In this document: positions 1 through 12,460 of the stretch, piece after piece
How positions within the stretch are numbered: position 1 is the stretch's first letter
How the letters are laid out: each line of letters begins with the position of its first letter
Assembly (NCBI GenBank): GCA_028534125.1
Contig: CM052817.1
Location: 4,838,001-4,902,000 of the forward strand
Direction of reading: 5' to 3'
Length of the DNA: 64,000 bases
DNA from: Lama glama
Lineage: Eukaryota
Position numbers and translations under genes: made by a program
The notes under the pieces: generated by a model
The model's input: only the letters and a program-made list of their open reading frames with translations
What the model was told of the DNA's origin: nothing
Database searches by the model: none

Positions 1-15
1 TTTGAATAAGAACTA

Positions 16-58
16 ATATATATATAATATATACACACACACACACATATATACACAT
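16..58. repeat. (TA)n/(CA)n microsatellite
   Basis: atatatatataatatat followed by acacacacacacacac. Confidence 0.9.
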
Positions 59-119
59 AAAACATGTGCACCTGTGGTTTATAATTAATAATTAAATACA
101 CTCTATAGCCACTATGTAA

Positions 120-2450
120 CTTATTAAACAGAACCTGACTCTGGGGAGACAGTGGGGTAGGAAACACCAGGAATCTCTAGTCCCACCTGGACAACAATTG
201 CACTGGTAGAATCTATCTGATATACTTATTTTGGAAGTCTGGAGTCTGATGAGGGCTTACAACTTCCAGGGAAAGGTTTGAATGGTAAATTGAAGTTAAT
301 TGTGGTCAATTTCAGCTCTTAGTACAGCGGTAGCTACCCATCCCTCGCCCCCAGCCCCAGAGCAGGCAGCTGTGCATGTGTTCCAGGAGCAGCTGGCACA
401 CAGCTGGTAGGAGTTGGGGCAGGGGGTTGCCAAAAGGACGCTGTCCTCCAGATAGTTAAGATCGTGATCTGATTGCTAATTGCTGCTTCTGATTACAGAG
501 GTGCAGACAGAGAGGTGGGTGGCCATTGTTGCACCTCCCCCAATTGTTGTGAGCCCCTCCCCTATAGGATGAAGGGATTTTTAGGGGACTTAAAGGGCCA
601 ATGCCCACTCCCCACAACCCCTGCTTCACTTTTTTTTCTTTTTCTCTTTTGGAGCCAGACATTAAAGACTAGTATGTTTAAAACCACATATGTGGGAAAA
701 ATTAGAAAGTCACCATGCATGCACAGGAAAAAGCTCAGGCTCAGAAAAAGAACCTGAGAAGACCTTAAGTTTATACCTCAGGCTGATCCTTGGCACACAG
801 ACAATGTACAATGGCAAAAACAAAAACAAAAACAAAAAGCAGCAAATCCTGAGCAAGGAAAAGAATCTAATTCCATAGTTACCATATTATTAGATTCAAA
901 TATCTAGCTTTCAACAACAACAAAGTCACAATACACACAAAGAGACAGGAAAGTATGGCCCATTCTAAGGGAAAAAAATAAACCAACAGAAACTATCCCT
1001 GTAAAAAGAGCTGATGGCAGATTTACTAGACAAACACTTTGAAATAATGGTCTTAGAGATGTTCAAAGAACTAAGGGAAAATATGGAGAAAGTCAAGAGA
1101 ATAATATATGAACAAAATGGAAATAACAAGAAAGAAGTAGAAAATCTAAGGAAAAAAACTCAAAAAGATATTCTGCAGCTGAAAAGTATAACTTAAACGA
1201 AAACTCACTAGAGAGATTCAAAGGCAGGTTTCAATATGCAGAATAAAGAATCAAACAAACTTGAAGATAGACAGTGGAAATTACTGAGGCTGAGGAAAAA
1301 AAAGAGTTGAAGAAAAGCAAACAGAGCATCAGGGACCCGTGAGACACCTTCAGGTGGAGGGATATACACATCATAGGAGTCTTTGAAAGACAAGAGGGAA
1401 AGAGGCAGAGAGAATATTTGACTATATAATGGCTGAAAACTTCCCAAATTTGACCAAACACAGGAATATAAACATCCAAGAAGCTCAATGAACTCCAGTA
1501 GGATGAACTCAAAGAGACACACAGTAAGACCATTACCAGCTGTGAGAAACAAAGACAAAGAGAGAACCTTGAAAGCAGTGAGAGGCAACTTGTTACACAC
1601 AAGGGATCCTCAATAAGAGTATCTTCAGATTTCTCATCATCAGCTTTGGAAGCCAGAAGTCAGAGGGCTGATACACTCAAAGTCATCAGGAAAAAAAACA
1701 AAAACAAAAAAACCTGTCAACCAAGAATCCTATATCCATCAGTCTTTCAAAAGTGAGTGAGAAAATAAGACATTCCCAGATAAACAAAAGCTGATGGCAT
1801 TCATTACCTCTAGACCTTTCCTGTAGGAAGTGCTCAAGGGAGTCCTGCAGTTTGAAACAAAAGGACACTGGACAGTAACTTGAAGCCATAGGAAGGACTA
1901 CAGATCTCAATGAAGGTGGATACTTGGGCAAGTACAAAAGCTAGTATTGTTGTAACAAGTGTGTAACCCTATTTTTCATTTTCTATAAGATTTAAGAGAT
2001 TAGTAATTTTTAAAAAAGCAATGATTAATCTAAAGTTAGTATTATAACTTTTGTTTGTAACCCCATGTTTTGCTTGCTATGTAATTTAAGAGAACAACGT
2101 ATTTTAAAAGTATTAGTTAATATTTTTAGACACACAATGGGTAAAGATGCAATTTTGGGGCATCAGCACCTGAAAAGAGTGTGAATGGAGGTGTAATGGA
2201 GCAGAGTTCTGGTGTGTTATTTAAGTTAAATTGGTATAAATCCAAATTAGAGTGTTCTAATAATAGGATGTTAAATTTAACCCCCCCATGGGAACCACAA
2301 AGAAAACAGCTACAGAACACACACAAAAGGAATAAGACAGGAACTTGAACATTTCACCACAAAAAAATTAAACACAAAGGAAGACAGTAATGAAAGAAAT
2401 GAGAGACAAAAAGCTCTAAGGTATGAAAACACATAGAAAAATGACAGAAT
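120..2450 (+). mobile_element. Old LINE-1 (L1M-type) 5' region, decayed ORF1 and inter-ORF spacer
   Basis: ORF 1014-1196 (MADLLDKHFEIMVLEMFKELRENMEK...) resembles the L1 ORF1p coiled coil. Downstream ORF1p motifs MAENFPNL (~1429) and KTFPDKQKL (~1768) occur in broken frames. Similarity ends at aaaATGACAGAA (2441), which resembles the ORF2 start. Confidence 0.85.
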
Positions 2451-2464
2451 GGAGGACCACCTTG

Positions 2465-2850
2465 TTAGTCAGCCTTAAAAAGGAAGGAAATTCTGATTTA
2501 TGTTACAATGTGGATGAACCTTGAAGACATTATGCTAAAGTGTGAAATAAGCCAGTCGCCAAAAGTCAAATACTGTATGATTCTGCTTTTAGGAGATACT
2601 TAGATTGGCCAAACATAGAGACAGAAATTAGAATGGTAGTTCCAGGGATGGGGGAGGGGGAAATGGGAGTTGTTATTTAATGGGTATAGATTTTCAGTTT
2701 TGCAGGATGGAAAGAGTTCTGGAGATGGACGGGGTGATGACTGCACAACTATATGAATGTACTTAATACCACTAAACTGTACACATCATCATGCTTACAG
2801 TGGCAAATTTTTATATATGTATTTTGCCACAATAAAACAAATTTTAAAAA
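2465..2850 (+). mobile_element. LINE-1 3' UTR (L1MB-like)
   Basis: cagccttaaaaaggaaggaaattctg...tggatgaaccttgaagacattatgcta...gtacttaataccactaaactgtacac...ccacaataaaa, then an A-rich tail. Confidence 0.85.
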
Positions 2851-4109
2851 ATCAGAATCTGACTAACAGCACCTAGGTCTTTGCATACCTCTCTTCAGTT
2901 ACATCCTCCTCCACCCCCCAGATGGAACCACTATCTTTTTACTTTTTATTTATCCTTGTCTTACTATTTTATAGATTTAGTACAGTTGCGCATGTACCTA
3001 ATATGTGTTGCTTGGTTTAGCAGAATTTAAAATGTATACAGTGGTGTTTCTTATACAGCAGTACTTCTCTGTAACAATACTGGTAATACGTAGTCAAGAC
3101 CCAGCCCTGGTGAGGCGTATACTTGAGATCTCAAATTCACATGTGAAATTTTTTTTTCTTTCCAGAGCCCATCAGAGACTTCCTTGTTGTCTCCTTTGCT
3201 CATGGACAGATTTTTTTTTCCTGGTTGACTTCTCAATGATGGCACAGCCTTCAGAAGGTTCCCAGTTTATGTGGAAGACTCAGTTCATACTCCCTGTCTT
3301 GCATTTGCTCACGGTCTAATCTTCTACCCTTGTGGGTGCTGAACCCCAAGTCCCAGTGGAACTGAGACCAGTGTCCCCACCTGCCCCTGGGCAGCTATAA
3401 TGCCAGCTCATACCTTTCATGCTCTGGTTGTCAGTGGCTGCCTTATTCCTCACACGTGAAAATTGTCATTTCTTTCAAATTAAGTTCTGTACTTAAAATA
3501 ATTTTTAAAATCTGTTTTGTCCTGCATTTCTCAGTGTTTTTACTGGGAGGCTTTTCATGTCCTTTACTAGTGCATTGCCTTGCCTTAAGGAGAGACCGCC
3601 ATGCCATCTTGAACAGCAGCCTTTTTTCTGGTCACTCACCACCCCTGGGACCCTTTGTCAGTCACCTCATCTGCCTCATCACTGGCCCACAGCAACAGGC
3701 ACTGCAAAGTGTGGCTTCTTGATCAGTCTTTCTCATGCAGGGCATCCTAGAGACGGTGGATATGTGGCAGGGTGTCACATCAAGCTTAGAAACAGTCCCT
3801 AGGTCACTCACTCATTAACTCACTGAACAAATAATTAAAGAATACTCAATGACGGGCAAGGCTTAGTGTGGCCAGAAATACTTTTATTGATGGTGAAAGA
3901 AATGTTAAAAAGGCCCCAATTACAGATTGTCCATACCATATCATCTTTAAAAATCTGTCTGTGCATCCTTTTCAAATATGAAAGGATAAATACAATTTAA
4001 AAGCTCCTAAATAATTTGGCCATCTGAACACTAAAAGACCATATATGGGTGAGCTACAGAGATATAAACTATGAGGTGCATCCCTTTATATCATTTTTTT
4101 TTGAGTGAG

Positions 4110-4265
4110 TAAAACACCTCCCATTAATTTTCACATCACAGCCATGGAGGCAGGTGGAAACAGATTTATCCACTCGCTACAAATGGAGGCAATGGGTCTG
4201 AGAGCGCACTTATAAGTAAAGGAAGAATCAGGCTTCAGTGTCTTGACATCCGTGTTAGCTGATCC
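4110..4265 (-). mobile_element. MIR SINE fragment
   Basis: Degenerate reverse-complement MIR core (ttttcacatcacagccatggaggcagg...tacaaatggaggcaatgggtctgagag). Confidence 0.55.
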
Positions 4266-6294
4266 ACTGGCACTGAACTAAAATCGCCTCTGATTGTGTT
4301 GCTCTAAGTCTTCTAAGGCAATTTTAAAAGAAAGAATTGGCTGAGTAAGAAAAAAATGCTCCAGACAGCTTTCTTGTTCTAGAAATGATTTATCCTTTAA
4401 TAGTTCCTCCACTGCCCTGTACTGAAAATTACAAGGGAGATTCACACTTGCACAAATAATGATTCAAATGAAGTCGGCATGTTGAAGTCCATCCTGCCCA
4501 GATGGGCACTGAGTCTCTGCCCTCTGCCATCTGCAACACAACCGTCCTGTAGTGCAGAACTGAACATGCTTGCTATACTCCATCTTTAAAAAGAAACAAC
4601 AAACAAGGACAAAAGCAAACAAACCTGTCTGGCTCTCGAATGCTCCATGTTTATTACAAGGATTTGGAATGGGGGAGAACAAACTCAGCGAGAGAAAGAT
4701 CATCTGGAGCAATCCAAAGTCTGGCACTCACACTCACTGGGAACTAGTCCAAACGAATGGCAATTTCAACACGTATTTATAGAGTGCCCTCCATATGAGT
4801 CAATCAGTGAGGGAACTGGAAAACCCCACAGGCTCCTGCTCTCACTGTGAGGCCACGTGGTTCTGAAGAAAAACACCAGAGCTGGGGATCTGGACAGAGC
4901 AGAGGTGGAGACCACGTGAGACCACGTGCCACCGCGTGCCACCGCGTGCCAGCTGTGCCTCTCTGGGGAAGTGTTTCAAGTCTTTGAGCTGCACTTCCTT
5001 TCTTTGTGATACGATTACTGTAAAAATAATAGCACATCGCTAAGTATAGGAGAAGATGCATGGGGAAGCAGTTTGAGAAATAGATGCAACCCCTATTCCA
5101 TTAAAATAATACATGAAAGGGAAAAATCTGCCTGTCTTTTAAGTCCTTTTGTTTTCTTCTCAGCAAAGAAGCTGTTACATGATGTACAACAATCCTTTCA
5201 GTGAATTCCTCCAAGATTTGACATCAGAGACCCTGGAAACATCAAATTCTCTGTCTTCAAGGGGCAGCCCAGGGGATGTACTTGCAATGGATCCTTTGCT
5301 TGGCAAGGGCGGTGTATCGAGAGAGGGGCCCTCGATGAACTCCCCAAGGTAGGATGTGCATTCTAATAAGTCTGTATGCTTTTTAAAGGCATCAAAAGTT
5401 GATAAAAATTCCTTTCGAATGTGAGCTGTGTTCTCACTTTGTTCTTAGGTGAAAAGAGATGCTTTGGGGTACGTACAACAGATGATAGAAGTGACATACT
5501 GGGGCATCTGGAAGCACAGGGGTGACTGATGCATGGCTGAAAAGTAGGTTCTGTTTAAAATGCTGAAAATTCTTCACGAGGTTCTCCCTGACTTCTCAAG
5601 TGTGAGCCCTGCCTTTTCTTCAAGCCCACCTTTCTCCTCACCCCACCAGTGACCCGGGTCCCAGCCGTGCTCAAAGTGAATGGCTCAGTGGTGCTTCTTC
5701 CCAAGGCGGCTCGCCCAGAACATCTCAACTCAGCCCTAAAGCCCCATTCATCCCTCCACCCATTCGTCCAATGTTTCCAAAGCACCTACTGGACAGCAGC
5801 TGCTGCAGAAACTGATGAGTATACAATGGTAACAGTCACAGAGACAACATCGTAGCTACAGTGAGTTAGCAAGGGAAGGATTCGTGGAGGGTTTACAGGG
5901 ATGGCAAAGTGGCAAAGCAATCTTAGGAGCTAGTGCACCTCCTCTGAGAAGCCTTTTTCTCATTCTCCTCCCACCCAGGCATGAAGAGAGTCAGAGAGCA
6001 CCAGACAGGAACCACAGTAAGAAGATATTTGCATCAACATTGATTAGTCGCAGTTTTAAATAAAATGAAAACAACAGACTCTTGAAATCATGGCTAAACA
6101 TAATTATCATAAAATATGATGACAAACTGGAACAGAATCAGTTTACTCTCATGATAATGAAAGAACACGAAGGTTAGACAGGCAGTGACTAAGTTGAAAC
6201 CACGTCACTATTTAATGTTACATAATCAGTGTATTTGTTTTACCTGAATATAGCCCACCCCCTCCCATTAGAAGGTTACCCATGAGAACAGAGG

Positions 6295-7520
6295 TCTTGT
6301 CAAAAACCAACTGACCATATACTTGTGTATCTATTTTTGGACTTTCTATTCTATTCCATTGATTTGTCTGTGTTGATACCAACACAATGTGTCTTGATTC
6401 CTGTATATTTGTAAGTCTTGAAATTAGTTTTGTAACTATGCTCTTAATTTTTAAAGTTGTCTTGGCTATCCTAGGTGCCTTCCATTTCCACATATATTTT
6501 AGAAGCAATTTGTCAATTTCTACCTAAGAGCTTGCTGAGGTTTTGACTGAGATTGTGTTGAATCTGTGGATCAATTTGGCAAGAATTGACACCTTGGCAA
6601 TACCGAGTTTTAAGATCCATGAGCAAGATCTATCTCACCATATATTTTTAGTCTTCTTCAGCAATGTTTTGTGGTGTTGGATGTATATGTCTTTTACATG
6701 TTTATTCAGATTTATCCCTAAGTATTTCATATTTTTGATACTATTATAACTGGTATTTAAAAAATTTTTAAATTTCTAGATGTTTGCTGCTAATATATAG
6801 AAATATGATAAATTTTTAATTGATCTTGTCTGGAAGGATCCCTACTAAGTTCACCTATTAGTTCTAGTAATTTTTATTTTGATTCTATCAAATTTTTGAT
6901 ATAAACAACATAATCTGTCACTTGCAAATTAAGAGTTGTTTTCAACCTTTCCAACCTGAATGCTTTCTATTTCTTTTTCTTGCCTTATTGCACTGGCTAA
7001 AACCTCCAGTATAATGTTTAATGGAAGTAGTGAGAGTAGATATTCTTGTCTTGTTCCACATTTTAGGGGGAAACACTCAATTATTCTCCATTAAATACAA
7101 TATCTATAGATTTTCTGTATATGCTCTTTTTGGAGGTTGAGGAAGTTCCTTCTACTCCAAGGTTGTTAAAAGTTTTGTTTGTTTGCTTGATTTTTTTTTT
7201 TAACCAGGAATGGATGTTGGATATTGTCAAAGGCTATTTCTGCATTTCCTTTTCAGCATTCTTATATGGTGAATTATATTGGTTGCTTTTCAAATGTTAA
7301 GTCAATTTGGAATCCCTGGGATAAATATCACTTGGAAATTAGGTATTACCTTTTTTATATATTATTGAATTTGATTTTCTAAAATTTTAAAATAATTTTT
7401 GCATCAGTGTTCCTGAGAGATATTGGTCTGCAATTTTCTTTTCTTGTAATGTCTTTGTCTGGTTTTCACAACAAGGTGATGTTAGACTCAAAGACTAAAC
7501 TGGGGAATATTCCCTCTACT
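6295..7520 (-). mobile_element. LINE-1 ORF2 remnant (RT and downstream region)
   Basis: Minus-strand ORF 6218-6508 contains WKWKAPRIAKTTLK...NQWNRIESPKIDTQVYGQLVFDK, typical of L1 ORF2p after the RT domain. T-rich antisense L1 sequence continues to ~7520 with stops and frameshifts. Confidence 0.9.
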
Positions 7521-7824
7521 GGTATGTCTTCAAGTTCACTAACCATTCTTCCTGCAATGTCTAATCTGGTATTAATTCTATTCAGTATATTTACAACACA
7601 AACAGTTTAGTTTTCAATTCTAGAAGTTTGATTCAGGTCTTTTTTTTATATTTTCCCTGTCTCCACTTTGAACTTATGGAATACAGTTACAATAACTTTT
7701 AAGGTCCTTGTATGTTTCCTATAATTTTTCCTTTCTTTGGTTGTTTCAGGCAGGAAGATAAATTTGGTCTCTCTCACTCTATCTTGGTCAGAAGTAGGGG
7801 ACTTTATCCTGCATTCTGGATGGA

Positions 7825-8225
7825 ATTCATGACTATGGAATGTTCTAGGTGCTAGGAATGTATAGTGAACAGAATAGAAGGACCTCTGCTCTCATGACTT
7901 TAGTCTAGTGGGGGATGACAGCCAACTAACATAAAGCAAAAAAAAAAAATACATAAATGAGACAATTTTAGATAGTGTTAGGCAAATGAGAGAGATCAAC
8001 AGGGACTGAAAAGGACCTTACAGAGACTGGTCAGGGAATGCATCTCTGAGGAGGAGGGGATCATGCAGAGGTCCTGGGGAAAGGCACTGCAGGCAGAGAG
8101 ATTCAAGCACAAAGACCTGAGCGGGGAGTGAGCTCAGCACACTGCAGTGCAGAACGAGAACCGGAGTGACTGGCAAGCAGCGATAGAGAGAAAGGCAGGC
8201 AAGCCAGATCAGATAGCGTCTTATA
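7825..8225 (-). mobile_element. L2 LINE 3' fragment
   Basis: ttctaggtgctaggaatgtatagtgaacagaa...ctgctctcatg...tctagtgggg...gtcagggaatgcatctctgaggag matches the antisense L2 3' end. Confidence 0.7.
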
Positions 8226-8769
8226 CGTCAGAGGCGAGGTGTGGTGCAGAGTGGGGAAATGGTACTCAAACACACAAAGAGATATCCATGTGAAACTTTC
8301 TTTACTTTCCTCTCTCCAGAATGAAGAACGGCAAACATTAGAGAAATTGGCTCACTCTTCCTTGCATCTATCTGCAGAGTGTGTTCAGCCCACAGGCTGC
8401 TGGCAATCTGGACGGAATGGCTCCTGAACCTACTCTACTGCTGTCCTGCATCTCGTCCAAGGCATCCTCCCAGCCTGTCACACCCCAGGCCTTGCTGGCA
8501 AGCCGCTCCCGCGGAGCCCAGCCATCCTCCTCACTCTCTCGCCCCAAAAGGGAAACGACAGAGCTGCAAGCTGTTTGGTGGCTGCCACCATTTCCTTCCA
8601 GAGATGATGGGGCACAGAAATGGATGCTGGATTCAGATGTTTTCTTTCCACGACAAAAAGCAGTACACACAGTATCTCTTTGGAGTGGGTTGCCATTTAC
8701 AATAATAAGTGGAACCATTTTTCAGTTTCCTTCCCCCACATTCTGGTGTAATTTGTTCTCTCCACATTT

Positions 8770-8950
8770 GGCTGTGAGAAGTGCATTACCAGACTACTTG
8801 GATGAACCTGATTTCTGTCCCAGCTGTGTGACTTGCTGTGTGACGGTGGGCAAGTCATTTAATCTCCCCGAGACTTTGTTTCCTTTCCTGAAACAGGAGG
8901 AAGCTCTCATCCTCCCACTCTCTCCCAGGGGAGCTGCTGTTAGCCATGTC
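8770..8950 (+). mobile_element. MIR SINE
   Basis: gctgtgtgacggtgggcaagtcatttaatctccccgagactttgtttcctttcctgaaac is the MIR core. Confidence 0.75.
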
Positions 8951-9559
8951 AGTGATACAGTAGCCCTTCCCTCCCCAGACATCAGTCTTAGGCACACACA
9001 ATCCCCTCCTTGTCAAAGAATTGGGCCCTCTGCTGAGAAACCTATGGAAAATGGCGAGTGTGAAGAAATCAAGGTCACAGTCTGTAATAAACACTTTTAT
9101 TCAACTTTAAAAATTAAAGATTGGACTGAATTTAAGAGAACATCAGTGGCGTTGCACCCACTGACTCAGCCATATCGGATACTGGACCGTTCATTCCTGT
9201 TTAGTATCTACTGCTCACTGGGAATCTTTCAGATCTTCCTCACTCACAGTTTCAACAAGATGATTAAAAACGTGGTTTGCTCTTTAGCAAACAAAACACA
9301 TTTTCTGTGTAAAGTCCTCCATCCAGGCATTCTATGCCATCTTGGTTTCATGGTTCAGGAACCTATCTCTTAGGTCCCATCTTGGTCCTATGGACCACAA
9401 AGAATTTGGGCAATTGAGATAGGGAGCTCTCTGCTTGGTCTTTATTTTCTCTAAAGTGGGCAAAATATATTTAAAACTATAAAGTCCAAGTTCATAAAAA
9501 GATGCGAGGGGTTGAAAAAAATTACAAGCAAAGTAACTTTAGAGTTGACCAAGCAGTTT

Positions 9560-9735
9560 CACCTTCCTCTTGTTATTTCACTGTGCAAAGTCAGCATAAT
9601 CATTACCCGCAGTGTACAGACAGGAGGCTGAACCCCAGACAGGTCAAAGGGAATTGCTGGAGGTCACAAAGGTGGAGGGAAGGGGCGTACACCCAGATTG
9701 CTGTTCCAGACTCAATGCTCCTTTAAGCAAACCGT
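9560..9735 (-). mobile_element. MIR SINE
   Basis: cattacccgcagtgtacagacaggaggctgaaccccagacaggtcaaagggaattgctggaggtcaca is the antisense MIR core. Confidence 0.65.
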
Positions 9736-11089
9736 GCTAGAAGAGAGCTGTGACTGGGGTAAAACACTGTATTAATATATGAGATCAAATTATTCTGATT
9801 CAGACTACTGCACATTTTCACTTTCACTCTGTGCTCCCTGGGGATTGCAGCAGAGTTCTTTATCTAATTTCTTCACCTTTTCCCAGAGTTCACACCACCT
9901 CCCAGTTGAGTCCCATCTGTCAGTTTAATTAACCAGCGGCTGTCCCAGTCTTCCAGATCATTAATTAAGATCTTCTTTGAAGCCAGACCTAACCCTTTTA
10001 CCCTCAGATCCTCCCTGGAGAGCTTCGTGTGGCTCTGAAGATAAATGTTTACTTTAACCCCACAATATATGCTCAGTTTGCAAAGAGAGTTTTGTAACTG
10101 TACTATCTCAAAAAGTTAGTTTCTCCGGGGACAGACTTGAGCCACCTCTGAATATGCTTTCTCAAAATCCAAACACAATAAGCTGTCTCCAAATATTGTT
10201 GGTGTCTTTGTTATTACTGACATTAAGTAATTAAAAATTATTAATACAATTCACTGTAGCATCTTTGGTTTAAATCTAAAACCTGCTGAATGCATATGTA
10301 TTATCAGGGGACTACACGTGTATCAGCAGACTAAAGTAGCCATCTGTCTATCCTTCCCCTGCAGGAATCCAAGAATTGGGAAGTTGCCCTACAGAACTAA
10401 GTCAAAATAAGAAAAAAAATGTTTATGTATAAAGGTGCTCATCATTTTATATATTATCAAACATTGGAGCTGATCTTATTGTCTAACAACAAAAGAATGG
10501 GTAAGTACATTTTGGTACATCCACATTATGGGATATTATGCTGCTATTAAAATTGACACTATGTAATTACAGGGAAGGCACTTGGGATATACTGTCAAGT
10601 GGAAAATAAAGAGAACAAATGTGCAAAGTCTAGGACAGTTATTCCATACAGAAGAAGGTCTGTATGGGCACATACTGAAATGAACAGGAGCAAAAAAATA
10701 TCAAAAGTCAATTTGGAGTTATGAGATTGTGCGGAAATTTGATTGCACATTCAATTTTAAGTTAATACGTGCCAAGATACCTTAGAAGCATCTCGATGAT
10801 CATGGTGCGATTCAGGATGTTTGCACTATAGTTCTCTATAAATGTGTCAATGCTCACCCGTAAGCCTTGGGTCCCTCCATTTCAATTAGTCATGAGGTAC
10901 TTCTAATGGCCAGTATCTGTACTTCTATGCCTAAGAACAATGATCTGGACCTGCAGGAGGCCATGCGTACAGCAGACTGGAAGATCCAAGAATGAACACT
11001 TTCTTAGAAGCAGCCTTCAACTACTCTTACGAGTCATACAAACATTCTCACTTTTCAGGTGGTATAATTTTGAGATGGTAGCTTTGCAT

Positions 11090-12460
11090 CATCTCCCAGA
11101 TTCTAACAAAGAGCCAAAGAAAGTCAGTGGAGAAAGGAAAGTTTTTCAACATTTAGGGCTGGAACAACTGGTTTTCCATACGAGATAAAAGAAATATCAA
11201 GCACTACCTCACACCATACATAAAAGATAATCTGAGGTAGATAGTAGAGCTACACGTTGAATACATATTCTAGAAGAATCCTGGAAAACTCTCTGTGATC
11301 TGCAGCAAGTAAGAATTCTTAGGGGATAAAAAGCAATGAACATAAAGAAGGAAAGCTCCTCAGTTGTAGTTCATCAAACTGAAATCTTACTCATCATTGA
11401 TACTAAATGGAAAATAGAAAGAAAGTCACAGACTATGAAAAAAATATTGGCAGTGTATAACTGACCAAGACCTCCCATCCAGAATTTATTAAAGAACATT
11501 TATAACTCAATGATTTAAAAAAACAAATAACTCAATTTTAAAAATACAAAAGACTTGGGCACACACTTCACACACAAAAAAGAGAGCTATAAATATGAAT
11601 AAGTAGATGAAAAGTTTCCAACATCATTAGTTATCAGAGGAAAGGAAATTAAAGCCATGAGGAAATACCGGCACACACGTGCCTAGAATGGCTACAATTA
11701 AAAAGACTGATGACGCCAAATGTTGAAAAGGACGTGGAACAAGCAGAATGCTCATAAACTGCCACTAGCAGTCGTCAATTCACAACGTACGTAAGTCAAG
11801 TCAGTATGCTGTGCACCTTCAACACTCAGCGTTGCAGACCAATTACATCTCAACAGAACTGGGAAAAATTGCCACTAGTAGTGACAAATTTTACAGTAAC
11901 TTTGGAAAACTCTTTGGCAGCTTCTTATAAAGTTGAACAATTCAACTCCTTTCTAAATGTTTACCCAATAGAAATGAAAGTATATGTTCACGAAAAGACC
12001 TTTACAAGAATGCTCAAGTAGCCTTTCTCATAATAGCCCCAAACTGGAAACAGCAAATGTCTCTCAACAGAATAATGGACAATCGAGCGTGGTATTTTCG
12101 TACAGCAGAACACCAGACAGTAACAGGAAGGAATGAACTACGTTACACACCACGATATGACTGAGTCTCAAAAGCACGTTGCCTGAAAGAAGCCAGGCAC
12201 AGCTTTCCGTTCATATGAAATTCTAGAATAAGCCAAACTAAACTATGGTGATAGAGAAAAGAACAGTGGTTTCCTGGAAGGTACTGATGGAGATTGACAA
12301 GGGAGGTGCATAAAGAAATCTGGGGGTGAGAGCAATGTTCTGTATCTTGATAAGAGTGTGGGCTACGTGGGTACCTTTGTCAAAACTAATTAAACTTATT
12401 AAGGCATCAAAATCCAACAGTACACTTAAGATGTGTGCACACTGCTTCAGAAAAAGAAAA
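11090..12460 (+). mobile_element. Old LINE-1 3' end (L1MD/ME-like) containing a nested short L1 tail
   Basis: tttttcaac...ctggaacaactgg...cctcacaccatacataaaa...agaatggctacaattaaaaagactga...ctttggaaaac...aatagccccaaactggaaaca corresponds to the ORF2 C-terminus and 3' UTR. Confidence 0.85.
11769..11865 (+). mobile_element. 5'-truncated L1 3' tail inserted in an older L1
   Basis: Flanked by aaactgccactag (11756-11768) and aaattgccactag (11866-11878). The insert ends caattacatctcaacagaactgggaaaaa, like L1 termini. Confidence 0.7.
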
